A stretch of 64,000 nt of DNA. Source: Lytechinus pictus (Eukaryota). This document shows, one piece after another, positions 11,180 to 23,138 of this stretch. The position numbers and the translations under genes were made by a program. Numbering within the stretch: position 1 is the first letter of the stretch; every line of letters starts with the position of its first letter. Below the pieces are notes generated by a model, which ran no database searches, was not told the DNA's origin, and was given only the letters and a program-made list of their open reading frames with translations. The stretch spans positions 28,272,001 through 28,336,000 of the forward strand of contig NC_087246.1 in the NCBI RefSeq assembly GCF_037042905.1, in the 5' to 3' direction.

Positions 11180-12664
11180 GCTACAGTTATCTCCCGATGT
11201 TCCTGTAAATGAATTCAATAACCTTTTCAACAAATCGTTCCCTGTGGGACTCCACCGGCCCGCGAGTCTCGTAGAATCCCACCGGGTCTGCGATGGGAAT
11301 TGTAATGTAATGGCCCCAATAAGCACAACCACATTTTGATCTGCATAAATACATCTAAATGACTGACCTTCAAACTATTTTGTTGTCGACTCGCTTCTTC
11401 CATAAAGCAACTCTGATTGATTGCCAGTCGTTTCCTGCCAAATGATACAATCCCCAGCAATTTCTTATTGAATATCGAGTTTGGCGTGCTTGACACACAT
11501 ACCCCAAGAAGAATAAGGTCGAGGATAAATTTAGACTATGTTCATCTCACCAAAACATACTCCCCCTCGATGTATACACGCGTTCTGATACTTCAATTTC
11601 GCAATAGAAATTGCTGAATATGCGTATAGAACGTACAGAAGATGTGAGCTACTCGTTCAGTGGCGCTTTTGTTATTAGGGGCCATAAGGCGCCATAGATT
11701 GTTGGTGATAAGATCAACCAGGCGTCTGTTTCATGAAGCTATTCGTAAAGTTCTACATGATTCTTTGGACGACTGGAGAATTAATTGCAAAAAGTGAGGC
11801 TAAGGTATTAAGCAATGGATGACCAAATTTTGAATATTATTACCCAAGTTGGGGCAAAAATGCACTCTGCATATGCTGATAATGGAGATGTTTATCAACA
11901 AAGCATAATAAACTTGAGGTAATGATATTAAAATCATTAGAAAATGTCATTGGCTCGCTCGATATTTATTGAGCGTTTGTAAATCAATTAGAACAATTTC
12001 CAGAAAAGTAGTACATGGAGAAGAGGGAGTGTCACGTGGGAGTGACTTTTTTAAATTATTTACCTACTGCTGCTTGACACCAAATAAAGAATACGTAAAC
12101 TGATAAATAAAGTTATTAAAAAGATTTAATCAAATCTCTTTTGTCATTCTGTGGTTTCCTCGTTATCTCGTCACCGACGTAGTCCCTCAGTTTTAACTTC
12201 GACTGCCTATACTATCATCTGTGGTCTATTCTAGCTTAGGTGGTTCTCTCTGAATTACTGAAATTTATCTCCTTATATACTCTACCGTTACTAGGACCAA
12301 CTGTAAAATTTCTTTAAAGTTATTCAAATAATTTCAATAGCAGATGAGTGCATAAAGCATCACATTCTTATTAATAAAAGACACTTCCTGTGTATCTGTA
12401 CATCTACATCCATCAATGCTAGAGTACTATATTGGCTATTTATGACACCTGTATGAAAATGCTTCACCTAATAAAAAAAAATATTTCTAACACCTGTACA
12501 AAATATGACATCAACCTGGTACACTATTCTAACGCTTGCTTTAAAAATATTCAAAACGTATGTACATGCTTGTCTATAAGCCTACCCTAACCTGGACAAG
12601 TAAATATGTTGAACACATGTTTAAACTGAAACTATAATTATTCTATAATTAAATTTCTTTCCTG

Positions 12665-12842
12665 ACAGGGAGGAAGGGAGAGAAAGAGATGGAGAGGGAG
12701 AGAGAGAGAGAGAGAGGGGGGGGGGGGGACGTGATACGTTTGAGTATGATCAGACAACACAAGTTTCCTCGAAGAAAAGGACACCTCAAACGTCATTGGT
12801 TGACTGACTGACTTTGTGCTTACCCGATATTTACTCGAATAA
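12665..12842 (+). repeat. GA-run plus ~100-bp conserved block, copy 1 (copy 2 at 60545-60752)
   Basis: GTTTGAGTATGAT(G)CAGACAACACAAGTTTCCT(C/T)GAAGAAAAGGACACC(T/C)CAAACGTCA is shared, followed by ACTGACTTTG..TTACC.GA.AT.TACTCGAAT. Confidence 0.85.
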
Positions 12843-12939
12843 GCTCCCTCAAAATATCAAACAGTGCAAAACTCTACAAAGCTTTATATTAAAAGACATT
12901 TAAAAATCCATTCAATGCAGATAGTCTAATACTAATAGT

Positions 12940-13177
12940 AATACTGATATAGATTCAATTGTATATGTATCAGGTTTGTTTGTTCTGTATTTCCCAAATA
13001 CATTTGTTTATATTGTGTTGTTTTCAGGATCATTAATTTATAAGTTCTTTGTAACTTTTCTTTGATCCTTCCAATATTCTTGAATATTCTCACTAATGTT
13101 ATAATGTATTTTATTTGAAATAATTTATTTGGTAAATAAAGTTTCAATTTCAATTTCAATTTCGATTTTAATTTCAA
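12940..13177 (+). mobile_element. Probable LINE 3' end remnant
   Basis: AT-rich tract ending AATAAA plus (TTTCAA)n tail, typical of CR1-group 3' ends; no RT sequence seen. Confidence 0.35.
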
Positions 13178-13237
13178 TGTACAACATGTTTTTGCCCTTG
13201 AGAAGAGGTAGAGAAAATGAGAGGGAGAATATGACGA

Positions 13238-13647
13238 GCCCAGGGGGGGGGGGGGAGAGGGGCAGTCAAATATATTGCTGTAGGCCTACACATGCGTGAC
13301 CCCCCCAAAAAAGGGTATAAAAACAACAACGATTTGAAAAAAAGGGTGGTTTTGAAAAACTGGTCAATGGTCAATCGCCGGGTCAAACGTATTTAGGGTA
13401 TTATTTTTTTCCAAAGCTTTTTTTTAAAGACTACCCAAAGGTGTTTAGGGTATGTTTCTTCCCCAAGCTTTTTCTCCGGGGTCATATTCTGGCGACTATT
13501 TGTTTAGGGACCAAAATTTGTAAATAAAGCCCACGAAAAACTTGTTTAGGGATTATTTTGCACACAGTGAAAAACTCGTTTAGGGGGTGTTTGGAAATAA
13601 TTTGGTCACGCATGTGTACAGCAATAAATTTGACTGCCCACCCGGAG
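13238..13647. mobile_element. MITE with CCC(A/G)GGGG-type termini
   Basis: GGGCAGTCAAATATATTGCTGTA..CACATGCGTGACC mirrored by GGTCACGCATGTGTACAGCAATAAATTTGACTGCCC; GACGAG on both flanks (possible TSD). Confidence 0.8.
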
Positions 13648-15199
13648 GACGAGAGTAAAACCCCCGTCCCTTCTTCCACATCCCCTCCCTCCCTCCCTCC
13701 CTCCCTCACTGAACAGTGACCTGAACCTCACGTGCTCTCCTAATATAGAACGAACAAAGTGGATGGGATAGAGAGGGGGAAAATAGGATAAGGCAATTTG
13801 GGGGGATATCACCAGAGTAGAAAATATCGTCGTGATCCAATAAAGAAAGTCATAGATACCTGAAGAAGACGTCATTTCTTGGGGTTCCCTTGTACTTCCT
13901 CATTCTGTTCATTCATCTTTTCTGGGATAAAGGAATAAGATGTGGCTGCGCATGAATATCATAGTTCTACTCATCAATATAATTCTTGTCTTTTGTTTAA
14001 AATAGGTTCATCTGTTGCTAATTGGGGCTAATTGCCTATCGATTTTTGTTTGTTTAACTTCAGAGGCCCCTACAGATGATTGTCAAACGTATTAGTACTA
14101 TTACATATGTCAAAGTAGAAGGCCACCATCCAAAGCAAATCTCGTTTTTGTCACTTGCATAAGATTAGACGTCATCCACCCCAGGCAAAAATAAGGAAAA
14201 GGAATCTCGGCATAAACAGTACTTCCCTAAAAAATGATGATTATGACAAGGTAGACTCATTTGTCAGCGCATTATTGGTTTTGTGACTGAACAGGAACAA
14301 TGGGTCAGATACATATAAAAAGTAGGAATTGTTTTTGCTGTAAGCTTTTGCTTGATTCCGTATGCATAACAATGAGCGACCAAATGCTTTTGCTGGTAAG
14401 CTCAAGCAATTGCTAACTGCCAGGTAGCATTACATTATTATTACATTTACATCCATCCAGTTTGTAACCTTCCTGACAGCCATTTTATATTAATTGATCA
14501 CTAAAAAAATCATTTATTGAATATATCTAATCATTAGGCCTACATGTACAACAAAGGTTCCATGTTACTATCCGGTAGGGCAAAATATGTCTTCTTTTAT
14601 TGAGCCCCTTGATAATATTATATAACATTGTATAACGTATAAGAGTCTTGCCTGCTAGCCCTATTTCTAGGAATAATAATTCATAAAGTGACCAGAAAAA
14701 AATGTTCAGAAATCTGTTAATGTTATTCGACTTGAAAATGGAATGAATGCGATGAGGAAGTAATGTTTAGTTGTTGTTTCGAGGGGGGACATGGATGGAA
14801 TTCTGAAAAGTCTCGTAAGTTTTGTTTTAAACTTTCCTCTCGAGTCCCCCATTATTCAATAGACCTCCAAATGTGTATTCTTAAAACTCAATTAAGTCGA
14901 TTTGGACTGCTCCCCAATCCCCTATTGAACCGACTTGGCTAACCAAATGTGCTCTTACATTGTAGAATAGCTTACTTATATTCTCAATAAACTAGCAGTT
15001 GTTCTACTGCAATTCAAATCTTCGCACACGCTTTTTTAGTCCGGGGGCTGGGAGAGTTTATTCAGCTGATCGGGTACAAAAGGTTTGATGGTCCCATCAT
15101 GTTGGCATGAAGGCAGTGATTAAGGAAAAGTGTTGCTGCCTGGCCATATCCTGTACGGAAGGCCCTGATGGCCCAAAATAGGGGCCCCAAAAATTGGTT

Positions 15200-16215
15200 T
15201 ATTCAGCTGAAAAGGTACATGGCTAATTCTTTTTGCAATGGACCGAGTATACATTGGGATTTTCAAAAATACCCATGCCAGCAATTTTATCCTGTACGGG
15301 GGCCCAGACAGTAGGCCCAAAAGGGCCCCCCGAAAATGGGTTTATTCAGCTGAAAAGGTACATGGCTAATTCTTTTTGCAATGGACCGAGAATACATTGG
15401 GATTTCCCAAAATACCCATGCCAGCAACTTTATCCTGTACGGGGGCCCAGACAGTAGCCCCAAAGTGCCCATATATCCCGTATATGTCCCACAACTAATT
15501 CATTAAGCTAAAAATGTAAATGGATAATTCCTTTTGCAATGGAGGCAGTATACATTGGGATTTTCAAAAATACCCATGCCAGCAATTTCATCCTGTACGG
15601 GGGCCCAGACAGTAGGCCCGAAAGGGCCCCCCGAAAATGGGTTTATTCAGCTGAAAAGGTACATGGCTAATTATTTTTGCAATGGACCGAGAATACATTG
15701 GGATTTCCCAAAATACCCATGCCAGCAACTTTATCCTGTACGGGGGCCCAGACAGTAGCCCCAAAGTGCCCATATCTCCTGTATAATATGTCCTACTACT
15801 AATTTATTAAGCTAAAAATGTACAAGGGGAATTCATTTTGCAATGGAGGCAGTACACATTGGGATTTTCTAAAATACCCATGCCATGCCAGCAATTTAAT
15901 CCCGTGTAGGGGCCCAGACAGTAGGCCCGAAGGGCCCCCGAAAATGTGGTTATTCAGCTAAAAAGGTACATGGCTAATTCTTTTTTAAAATGGAATCTGC
16001 ATACTTTAAGGCTCACAAAACTACCCATGCCAGCAATTTTACCCTGTACGGGGGCCCAGACTGTAGTCCCAATGTGCCCATATGCCCCACAACTAATTTA
16101 TTCAGCTAGAATGTACATGGATAATTCCTTTTGAAATAGAGGAAGTATACAATGCGATTTTAAAAGAAAAAAAAACCTTGCCAGCAACTTCATCCTGTAT
16201 AGTGCTTCCAGACTA
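15200..16215 (+). repeat. Left-arm satellite, alternating 143/158-bp monomers (301-bp dimer)
   Basis: ATT(C/A)AGCT anchors at 15201, 15344, 15502 and 15645; duplicated ORFs 15233/15534 and 15287/15588 are 301 bp apart. Confidence 0.9.
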
Positions 16216-16764
16216 CTGTACATCATGGCTTCCACAACTCAGGTGAGAAATGTTAATTGTACTCTTAATGTTAATTGTACTTTTATTCAAACCGATTTGA
16301 CTGATTAAACTATTTGTTGAACATAATAATGATCAAGCATCATACATTAGTTATCAACAATAAAAGTTTGTGCATATTTCATTAATGTCTATATACTTCA
16401 TAATTAATCAATCATTACTTGTTGCTCAAAACAACAAATTAAATGATACAGTAGATTAAACCAGTTGATGCAATAAAAAGATTACAGCAACCGTAAAGTA
16501 GCACTTAGGAATGACCTTGAAGGTGGCAGCAGGGCCAAATGCAAAAAAAATGAAATGTTCTTTTACTCCAATTTTCTCCAAACATGTATTGCATTAATTG
16601 TAGTATATAGTCAACATTCCTCTTTGCATGCACATTTTATGATCACAACTGCATGCCCTCACTTGCCAGATACAATGTCCCGCCATGCGTGGATCAAGTG
16701 GGCATCAAATCCCCCTCCTCCCCTCAAAAGAGGGGGGGATAGAAAAAACAATAGGGAATGGGAA

Positions 16765-18846
16765 GGGGACTGAGGGAGAAGAGAAAAGGAGAGCGGAAAG
16801 GATAAGAGGTGGAAAAGAGAGAAAATGGTGAAGGGTTGAGAATGAAAAGGAGGAAATAGAAAACGAGAAGGGAACGGGGGAGGGGAGAGAGAAAGAAGGG
16901 GAGGTAAGAGAGAAAAATGAGAAGGGGAAGAGAGATAGGGAGGGAAAGGGAAGGGGAAAGAGAAAAGGAAGCAGGGAGACTAAGGAAGGGGAGAGTGAAC
17001 GATAATAGACAAGGAGAGGGTGAGAGAGGGAAGGGGAAGGGAAGAGAAAGAGGAAATGTAAAAACCAATAGAGATTGAGAAAAAAAGAATAAAAGATAGA
17101 GAAGGGGAGAAAAATGATAACTGGATAAAGGAAAGTGATTGAGGAAACAGAAGGATATAAAGGCGATCATATAATAGGGGGAAGGAAAGGATAATAAAAA
17201 TGTATTTTTGTTTGACAAAAGCCCTTGCCGTCTCGTATAAAATAAAAAAATAAAAATAAAGAATGGGTTTTGGAAGCTGAAGCAGCATCGTCCCTTAAAT
17301 GGCGACGCACAGGATTATGAGGGATAAAAGAGGAATATAACAAGAAAGTGGGAAGAAGTTTTTAAAATATATAAACGTGGAAATAGAAAGAAAAGAAACC
17401 GAAATGAGAGAAAGAGGAGAATTGGCAAATACCACACATTTCAGGTTAATAAATCAAAATAAGATTTTATTCCGGCCTTTAACTATCATCACCAAAAGGA
17501 ATAAATATTAGTATTAGGCACACGGCAATATACTCCTGTAGCCCTTGTTGTGATGATTACAAACCACTTGAAAGATAATTACAAACCACCTCGCTTCACT
17601 TGCCCACATATTGATATTATACCAACTTCAGTAACTAAGAAAACTGTTATAATATAGGTATTTAAAAATTGTCATAGGCTTAACAAGAAAGATGGTAATG
17701 TTAGCCAGGTACACGCTTATATTTTCCCATGTTTTGGGTGTCCCCCAAATTTTGAATTTAATCTCAATATTTCTATGATCACCCACTGCTAGGACCGGAT
17801 CTACGTCACTGGGGAATGAGAAGGAAAAGAAGAGGGGGGGGGGGGGGGGGTAGGGAAAGGGTGAGGGGCTATGGGAAAAGGGAGCCAGAGAGGAAAGAAG
17901 TGAAGGGAAAAGAGGGGGGAAAAGAGCGGGAGAAGGGAAATAAGGGGGAAGGGAAAGGGACTGAGGGAGAGGAGAAAGGGAGAGCGGAAAGGACAGGAAG
18001 TGGAAAAGAAAGAAGAAAGTAAAGGGGGGAGAAATGGAGGAAATAGAAAATGAAAAGAGATTAGAGGAGTGGAGAGAAAAGTCAGGAGAGTAAAGAGAGA
18101 AAATGAGAAGGGGCATATAGATGGGAGAGAGTGCGAAGGGGACAAAGAGAAAGAATGAGAAGGAAAGAGTGAAGAGGGGAGAGAAAAGGAATGGGGAAGA
18201 TAAAAAAAGAGAGAAAAGGAAGGGAGAGAGAGAAGGAAACTGGGAGAGACTAAAGAAAAGGGAGAGTGAACAAAATAGAGGAAAGAGGGAAGGGGAAGGG
18301 AAGAGAAAGAGGAAATATAAAAACTAGGAAATACAGGAAGAACAGAATAAAAGATAGAGAAAATGAGAAAAAGGATAATTGGATTAAGGAAATTGATTGA
18401 GGAAACATGCAGGATATATAGACGATCATAATGTTAATAGGGAAAAGAGAAATGAATAACAGTAAATGGAAGAAATGATTTTTTTTTAACAAAAGCCCTT
18501 GCCGTCTCGTAAAAAAAATGAAAAGGGAAAATATATGGGAAGATGAAGTTGGATCTTGGAAGCTGAAGCAGCCTCGTACCTTTGATGCCGACACAAAGGA
18601 TTATGAGGGATAAAAGAGGAAAATAACAAGAAAGGAGGAAGAAGTTTTTAAAAATATAATAGAAGTGGAAATGGAAAGAAAAGTAACCAAAAATATCACA
18701 ACTTTCAGGTTAATAGATTAAAATACTATTCTACTATATTCGGGCCTTTAACTGTAATCACCAAAAGTGATGGTAGTATTAGGCACACGGCAAAGTACTC
18801 CCATATCCATAGCACTTGTTGTGATAATTACAAACCACTTGAAAGA
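16765..18846 (+). repeat. Diverged direct duplication (16765-17575 vs 17955-18846), purine-rich
   Basis: Anchors in the same order: GGGACTGAGGGAGA, AAAAGCCCTTGCCGTCTCGTA, GGATTATGAGGGATAAAAGAGGA, GTATTAGGCACACGGCAA, TTACAAACCACTTGAAAGA. Confidence 0.85.
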
Positions 18847-19179
18847 GGTATTTGGGGATACGCCATTCTGCGCGCTACCTTCGCTCGCTACTAGCTGCTA
18901 CTGTCATTATTTCAGTTAAAGAAATATTATGCATGTTTCAATCTATTTTGTAAACCCTCACTTACAATGTAGTCATGTAAATAATTATCCCTCTATGTTT
19001 TTAGCCCAGTAAATCAAGTGTGGTATTTCCGCCAGTTCCAAGCATATATTCGATATCCCCAAATGAAACTACATGTATAGGCCTATATATTGCACACTGG
19101 GCCCCTTTCAGGTATATATTACTGGAAATAAGGACCAAGGTATACTGATTACACTACAAAATTAATTATCCATGTACTA

Positions 19180-20945
19180 GTATATCCTATTACCCTAGGG
19201 GCTTTTGGGGTTGACTGCGTGTCTGGGCCTTATACAGAATAAACTTGATGGCATTGGCATGATGGTATCTTTTAAAAACCTTAGCTGAGTGCATACAAAT
19301 TCCATCCAAAAAAGTTATATCCATGTATCACTTCTGCCGAAAAAATAATTATTGTTAGACATCTGTTTCCTTTTTGGCTGCTATCTGGGCCCCCATACAG
19401 AGTAAATTTGCTGGAATTGACAATTATCCATGCATGTATGTCTTCAGCCTAAAATACACTTTTGGGGGAGGGGCACTATGGGGCTAATGTCTGGGCCCCC
19501 GTACAGGATAAAATTGCTGGCATGTGTATTTGTGTGAACCTTACAGTATGCAGATTCCATCTTAAAAAATAATTGACCATGTACCTTTTCAGCTGAATAA
19601 CCCCATTTTTGGCGGCCCTTTGGTCCTACTGTCTGGGCCCCCGTACAGGATGAAGTTGCTGGCATGCGTATTTTTGAAAATCCCATTGCATACTGCCTCA
19701 ATTACAAAATGAATTATCCATGTACATTCTAGCTGAATAGCTGAATAAATTAGTTGTGGGGCATATTGGCACTTTGGGGCTACTGTCTGGGCCCCCTTAC
19801 AGGGTAAAATGGCTGGCATGGGTAGTTTTGTGAGCCTTAAAGTATGCAGATTCCATTTTAAAAAGAATTAGCCATGTACCTTTTCAGCTGAACAACCCCA
19901 CTTTCGGGGGCCCTTCGGGCCTACTCTCTGGGCCCCGTACAGGATGAAGTTGCTGGCATGAGTTTTTCTTTTCAAATCGCATTGTATACTGCCTCCATTT
20001 CAAAAGAAATTATCCGTGTACATTTTCAGCTGAATAAATTAGTTGTGAGACATATATGGGCACTTTGGGGCTACTGTCTGGGCCCCCGTAAAGGATAAAG
20101 TTGCTGGCATGGGTATTTTAGGAAATCCCAATATATACTCGGTCCATTGCAAAAATAATTAGCCATGTACCTTTTTAGCTTAATAAATTAGTTGTGGGAC
20201 ATATACGGGATATATGGGCACTTTGGGGCTACTGTCTGGGCCCCCGTACGGGATAAAATTGCTGGCATGGGTATTTTTGAAAATCCCAATGTATACTGCC
20301 TCCATTGCAAAAGGAATCATCCATGTACATTTTTAGCTTAATAAATTAGTTGTGGGACATATACGGGATATATGGGCACTTTGGGGCTACTGTCTGGGCC
20401 CCCGTACAGGATAAAGTTGCTGGCATGGGTATTTTGGGAAATCCCAATGTATTCTCGGTCCATTGCAAAAAGAATTAGCCATGTACCTTTTCAGCTGAAT
20501 AAACCCATTTTCGGGGGGCCCTTTTGGGCCTACTGTCTGGGCCCCCGTACAGGATAAAATTGCTGGCATGGGTATTTTTGAAAATCCCAATGTATACTGC
20601 CTCCATTGCAAAAGGAATTATCCATGTACATTTTTAGCTTAATAAATTAGTTGTGGGACATATACGGGATATATGGGCACTTTGGGGCTACTGTCTGGGC
20701 CCCCGTACAGGATAAAGTTGCTGGCATGGGTGTTTTGGGAAATCCCAATGTATACACGGTCCATTGCAAAAAGAATTAGCCATGTACCTTTTCAGCTGAA
20801 TAAACCCATTTTCGGGGGGCCCTTAGGGCCTACTGTCTGGGCCCCCGTACAGGATAAAGTTGCTGGCATGGGTATTTTTAAAAATCTCAATGTATACTCG
20901 GTCCATTGCAAAAAGAATTAGCCATGTACCTTTTCAGCTGAATAA
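19180..20945 (-). repeat. Right-arm satellite, inverted, longer than the left arm and degenerating inward
   Basis: Reverse complement of the left-arm monomer (CTACTGTCTGGGCCCCCGTACAGGATAAA.TTGCTGGCATGGGTA); ORFs 20372/20673 are 301 bp apart. Confidence 0.9.
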
Positions 20946-21532
20946 ACCAATTTTTGGGGCCCCTATTTGGGGCTATCAGGGCCTTCCGTACAGGATATGG
21001 CCCGGCAGCAACACTTTTCCTTAATCACTGCCTTCATGCCAACATGATGGGACCATCAAACCTTTTGTACCCGATCAGCTGAATAAACTCTCCCAGCCCC
21101 CGGACTATTTGCTTTCGTTTCTTTCTTTCTGTTCGTATATTTTCCTTTTTTTCTTATGGGACTGGAGTATCTACTGACGTTGAACTAAGTAAATTTAACA
21201 GCTCAATCTACGCTATTACATTTGACATTTGCCTCAACATTCCCTTATAAATTAAAGTGGTACCAATTTACAAGAAGAATTACAGATGTAATCTTCCAAT
21301 TCGTAGATACGTTGGTATCTACCCACGTTATTCTTGAGTAACATTTGTTTTGAAATACAATCTTGAAAAATATCATAATGGCATTGACCGAAAAAAAATA
21401 CGGGAGCCTACAATTCCGACGTCGATTTATGTGAATTAAAGTCCTTCCTAATGCTTGCATAATATAAGATTTATTCGGATATCGTTCACTCTAAATTATT
21501 CAGGGTAATATTGACAAAGGAACCAGATCTGT

Positions 21533-21913
21533 GGTTACACTTCGTATTTCCGAAGGTTCGTTATTCCGAAACATGTAAATTGCCTATACCTCGATGTTCG
21601 TTAATCCGAAAACAAAATAAGGTTCGTAAGTCCGAAAACGAGATAAGGTTCGTTATTCCGAAGGTTCGTTTGTCCGAAAACGAAATAAGGATCGTTATTC
21701 CGAAGGTTCGTTAATCCGAAAAGGAATAAGGTTCGCAATTCGGATTAACGAACCTTATTTCGTTTTTGGACTAACGAACCTTCTTTTTTGTTTTCGGACT
21801 AACGAATCTTCGGAATAACGAACCTTATTGCGTTTTCGGACTAACTAGCCTTTGGAGTAACGAACCTTATTTCGTTTTCGGATTAACGAACCTTCGGAAT
21901 TACGAATGTAACC
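21533..21913. mobile_element. Small foldback MITE built from TCCGAA/GGTTCGTTA units
   Basis: Ends GGTTACA(C)TTCGTA / TACGAATGTAACC; units switch orientation near 21740; flanks ATCTGT and TGCTGT (imperfect). Confidence 0.85.
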
Positions 21914-22772
21914 TGCTGTGAGTGCCACAACCCATTCCGGATAATAAAAAGACCCGGAGTATCGTCCGAAATGACATTTTTGGGTCAGATCTGACCCTTT
22001 CTGCCCCATCAAGCTAATCTTAACCTTCAATCTTCGTCTGCTATATAGGTCTAACTTCTCTGTTCCCTCATCCATTTTTTGCTTCCAACCCCTCCTCCGT
22101 TTCTCCAAATCACATTCTTTAATTTGACTGTTTTGGCATTATGACATTTCTATCTATCTCTTTCATGCCAGATCTTTCGGGTATTCCTGACAAATAAGAA
22201 TCTCTCATGAAATCATACCCAATTTCCATCTTAGGTCATGCATGCATGATGTCTTTTCAAGGGATTCATGCACCGACTCGGTACAAACGTCTCACATTAT
22301 TTTGACAGCAACCATCCCCATGTTTATTGAGTCAATAGTTGGACGATGGTGGCGGTGACGAGAAAATCATAAAGAAAAATAGGCATCTCTCTCTCTCTGG
22401 TGATGAGCTTTACTGTCAATTTGAAGGCGGGTCTTCTCCAGACTACCTGTGTCGCTGTTTCTTCACGCTCGGCTGTCTGGTTAATTTCGTTAAGTTGTGG
22501 CACGATGTTTCCATATTTCAGCCTTCCTCCAAAATATATATGCTCACATGATTCGACATTTATTGCTCTTATAATTTACACAGAATGTAGAAATAAGAAG
22601 ACAACTAAAAAGGATTATACAAGTGAGACTAGGAAAGGGATGAAAGGAAAAAAGAGTTAAACTGGACTCTTCGGTTTAGATTTGTGTAAATTTTGGCTAT
22701 GCATAGTTGAACCGCAACTTTAGACCAGAGTCTGAATTAAGCCTGAATAGATGCGAGAGTAAATTAATGAGA

Positions 22773-22830
22773 GAGATAGACAGATAGATAGAGATAGAGA
22801 GAGAGAGAGAGAGAGGGGGGGGGGGGGGGA
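22773..22830 (+). repeat. (GATA)/(GA)n plus poly-G
   Basis: Direct reading. Confidence 0.85.
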
Positions 22831-22970
22831 GAAATTAGAGAAAATATATGTATGTTAGAAAATGTTGATAATTTTGACTTCAATGAGATTATGTCTCAAA
22901 AGATTTTGAATCCGTCAACATCCATCCCTTAAACTGTTGTTGAACGGAGCAGAAAGCAGGAGGGCACCAG

Positions 22971-23138
22971 GGGACCGTTTCATGAAAGTTGTCAGCACTG
23001 ACAAGTTGTCTTTCTCCGACAGTTACCATAGTAACAGTCAGAGGCCAGTGCCTTTCAGCCAATCAAAACTAAGGATTTCACTGAAATTGTCAGTACTGAC
23101 AATTTAGTCAGTGCTGACAACTTTCATGAAACACCCAC
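22971..23138. mobile_element. Harbinger-like MITE (CWG target), X-box + CCAAT family
   Basis: CAG|GGGACCGTTTCATGAAAGTTGTCAGCACTGAC mirrored by GTCAGTGCTGACAACTTTCATGAAACACCCAC|CAG. Confidence 0.85.

Larger units (their letters stand above)
15037..21107. mobile_element. ~6.07-kb non-autonomous foldback DNA transposon, possibly Academ-like
   Basis: The first 104 bp are a perfect inverted repeat of the last 104 bp (TAGTCCGGGGGCTGGGAGAG...CTCTCCCAGCCCCCGGACTA), with 3 mismatches in ~175 bp; TTT on both flanks; arms are inverted satellite arrays; no transposase ORF. Confidence 0.9.

Noticed and set aside
10789-11339. ORFs with 32-aa repeats, or a CRISPR-like array
   Set aside because: A 96-bp unit is open in several frames by chance; units are contiguous without unique spacers, and the DNA is eukaryotic.
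16724-18594. Long Phe/Leu/Ser/Pro or Lys/Glu/Arg-rich ORFs
   Set aside because: Artefacts of purine/pyrimidine tracts that lack stop codons.
15120-20921. Repeated ORFs (MGTLGLLSGPPYRIKLLAW..., MQW.QYTLGFSKIPMP...)
   Set aside because: They are translations of the satellite on both strands; the 301-bp period is not a multiple of 3 and there is no transposase motif.
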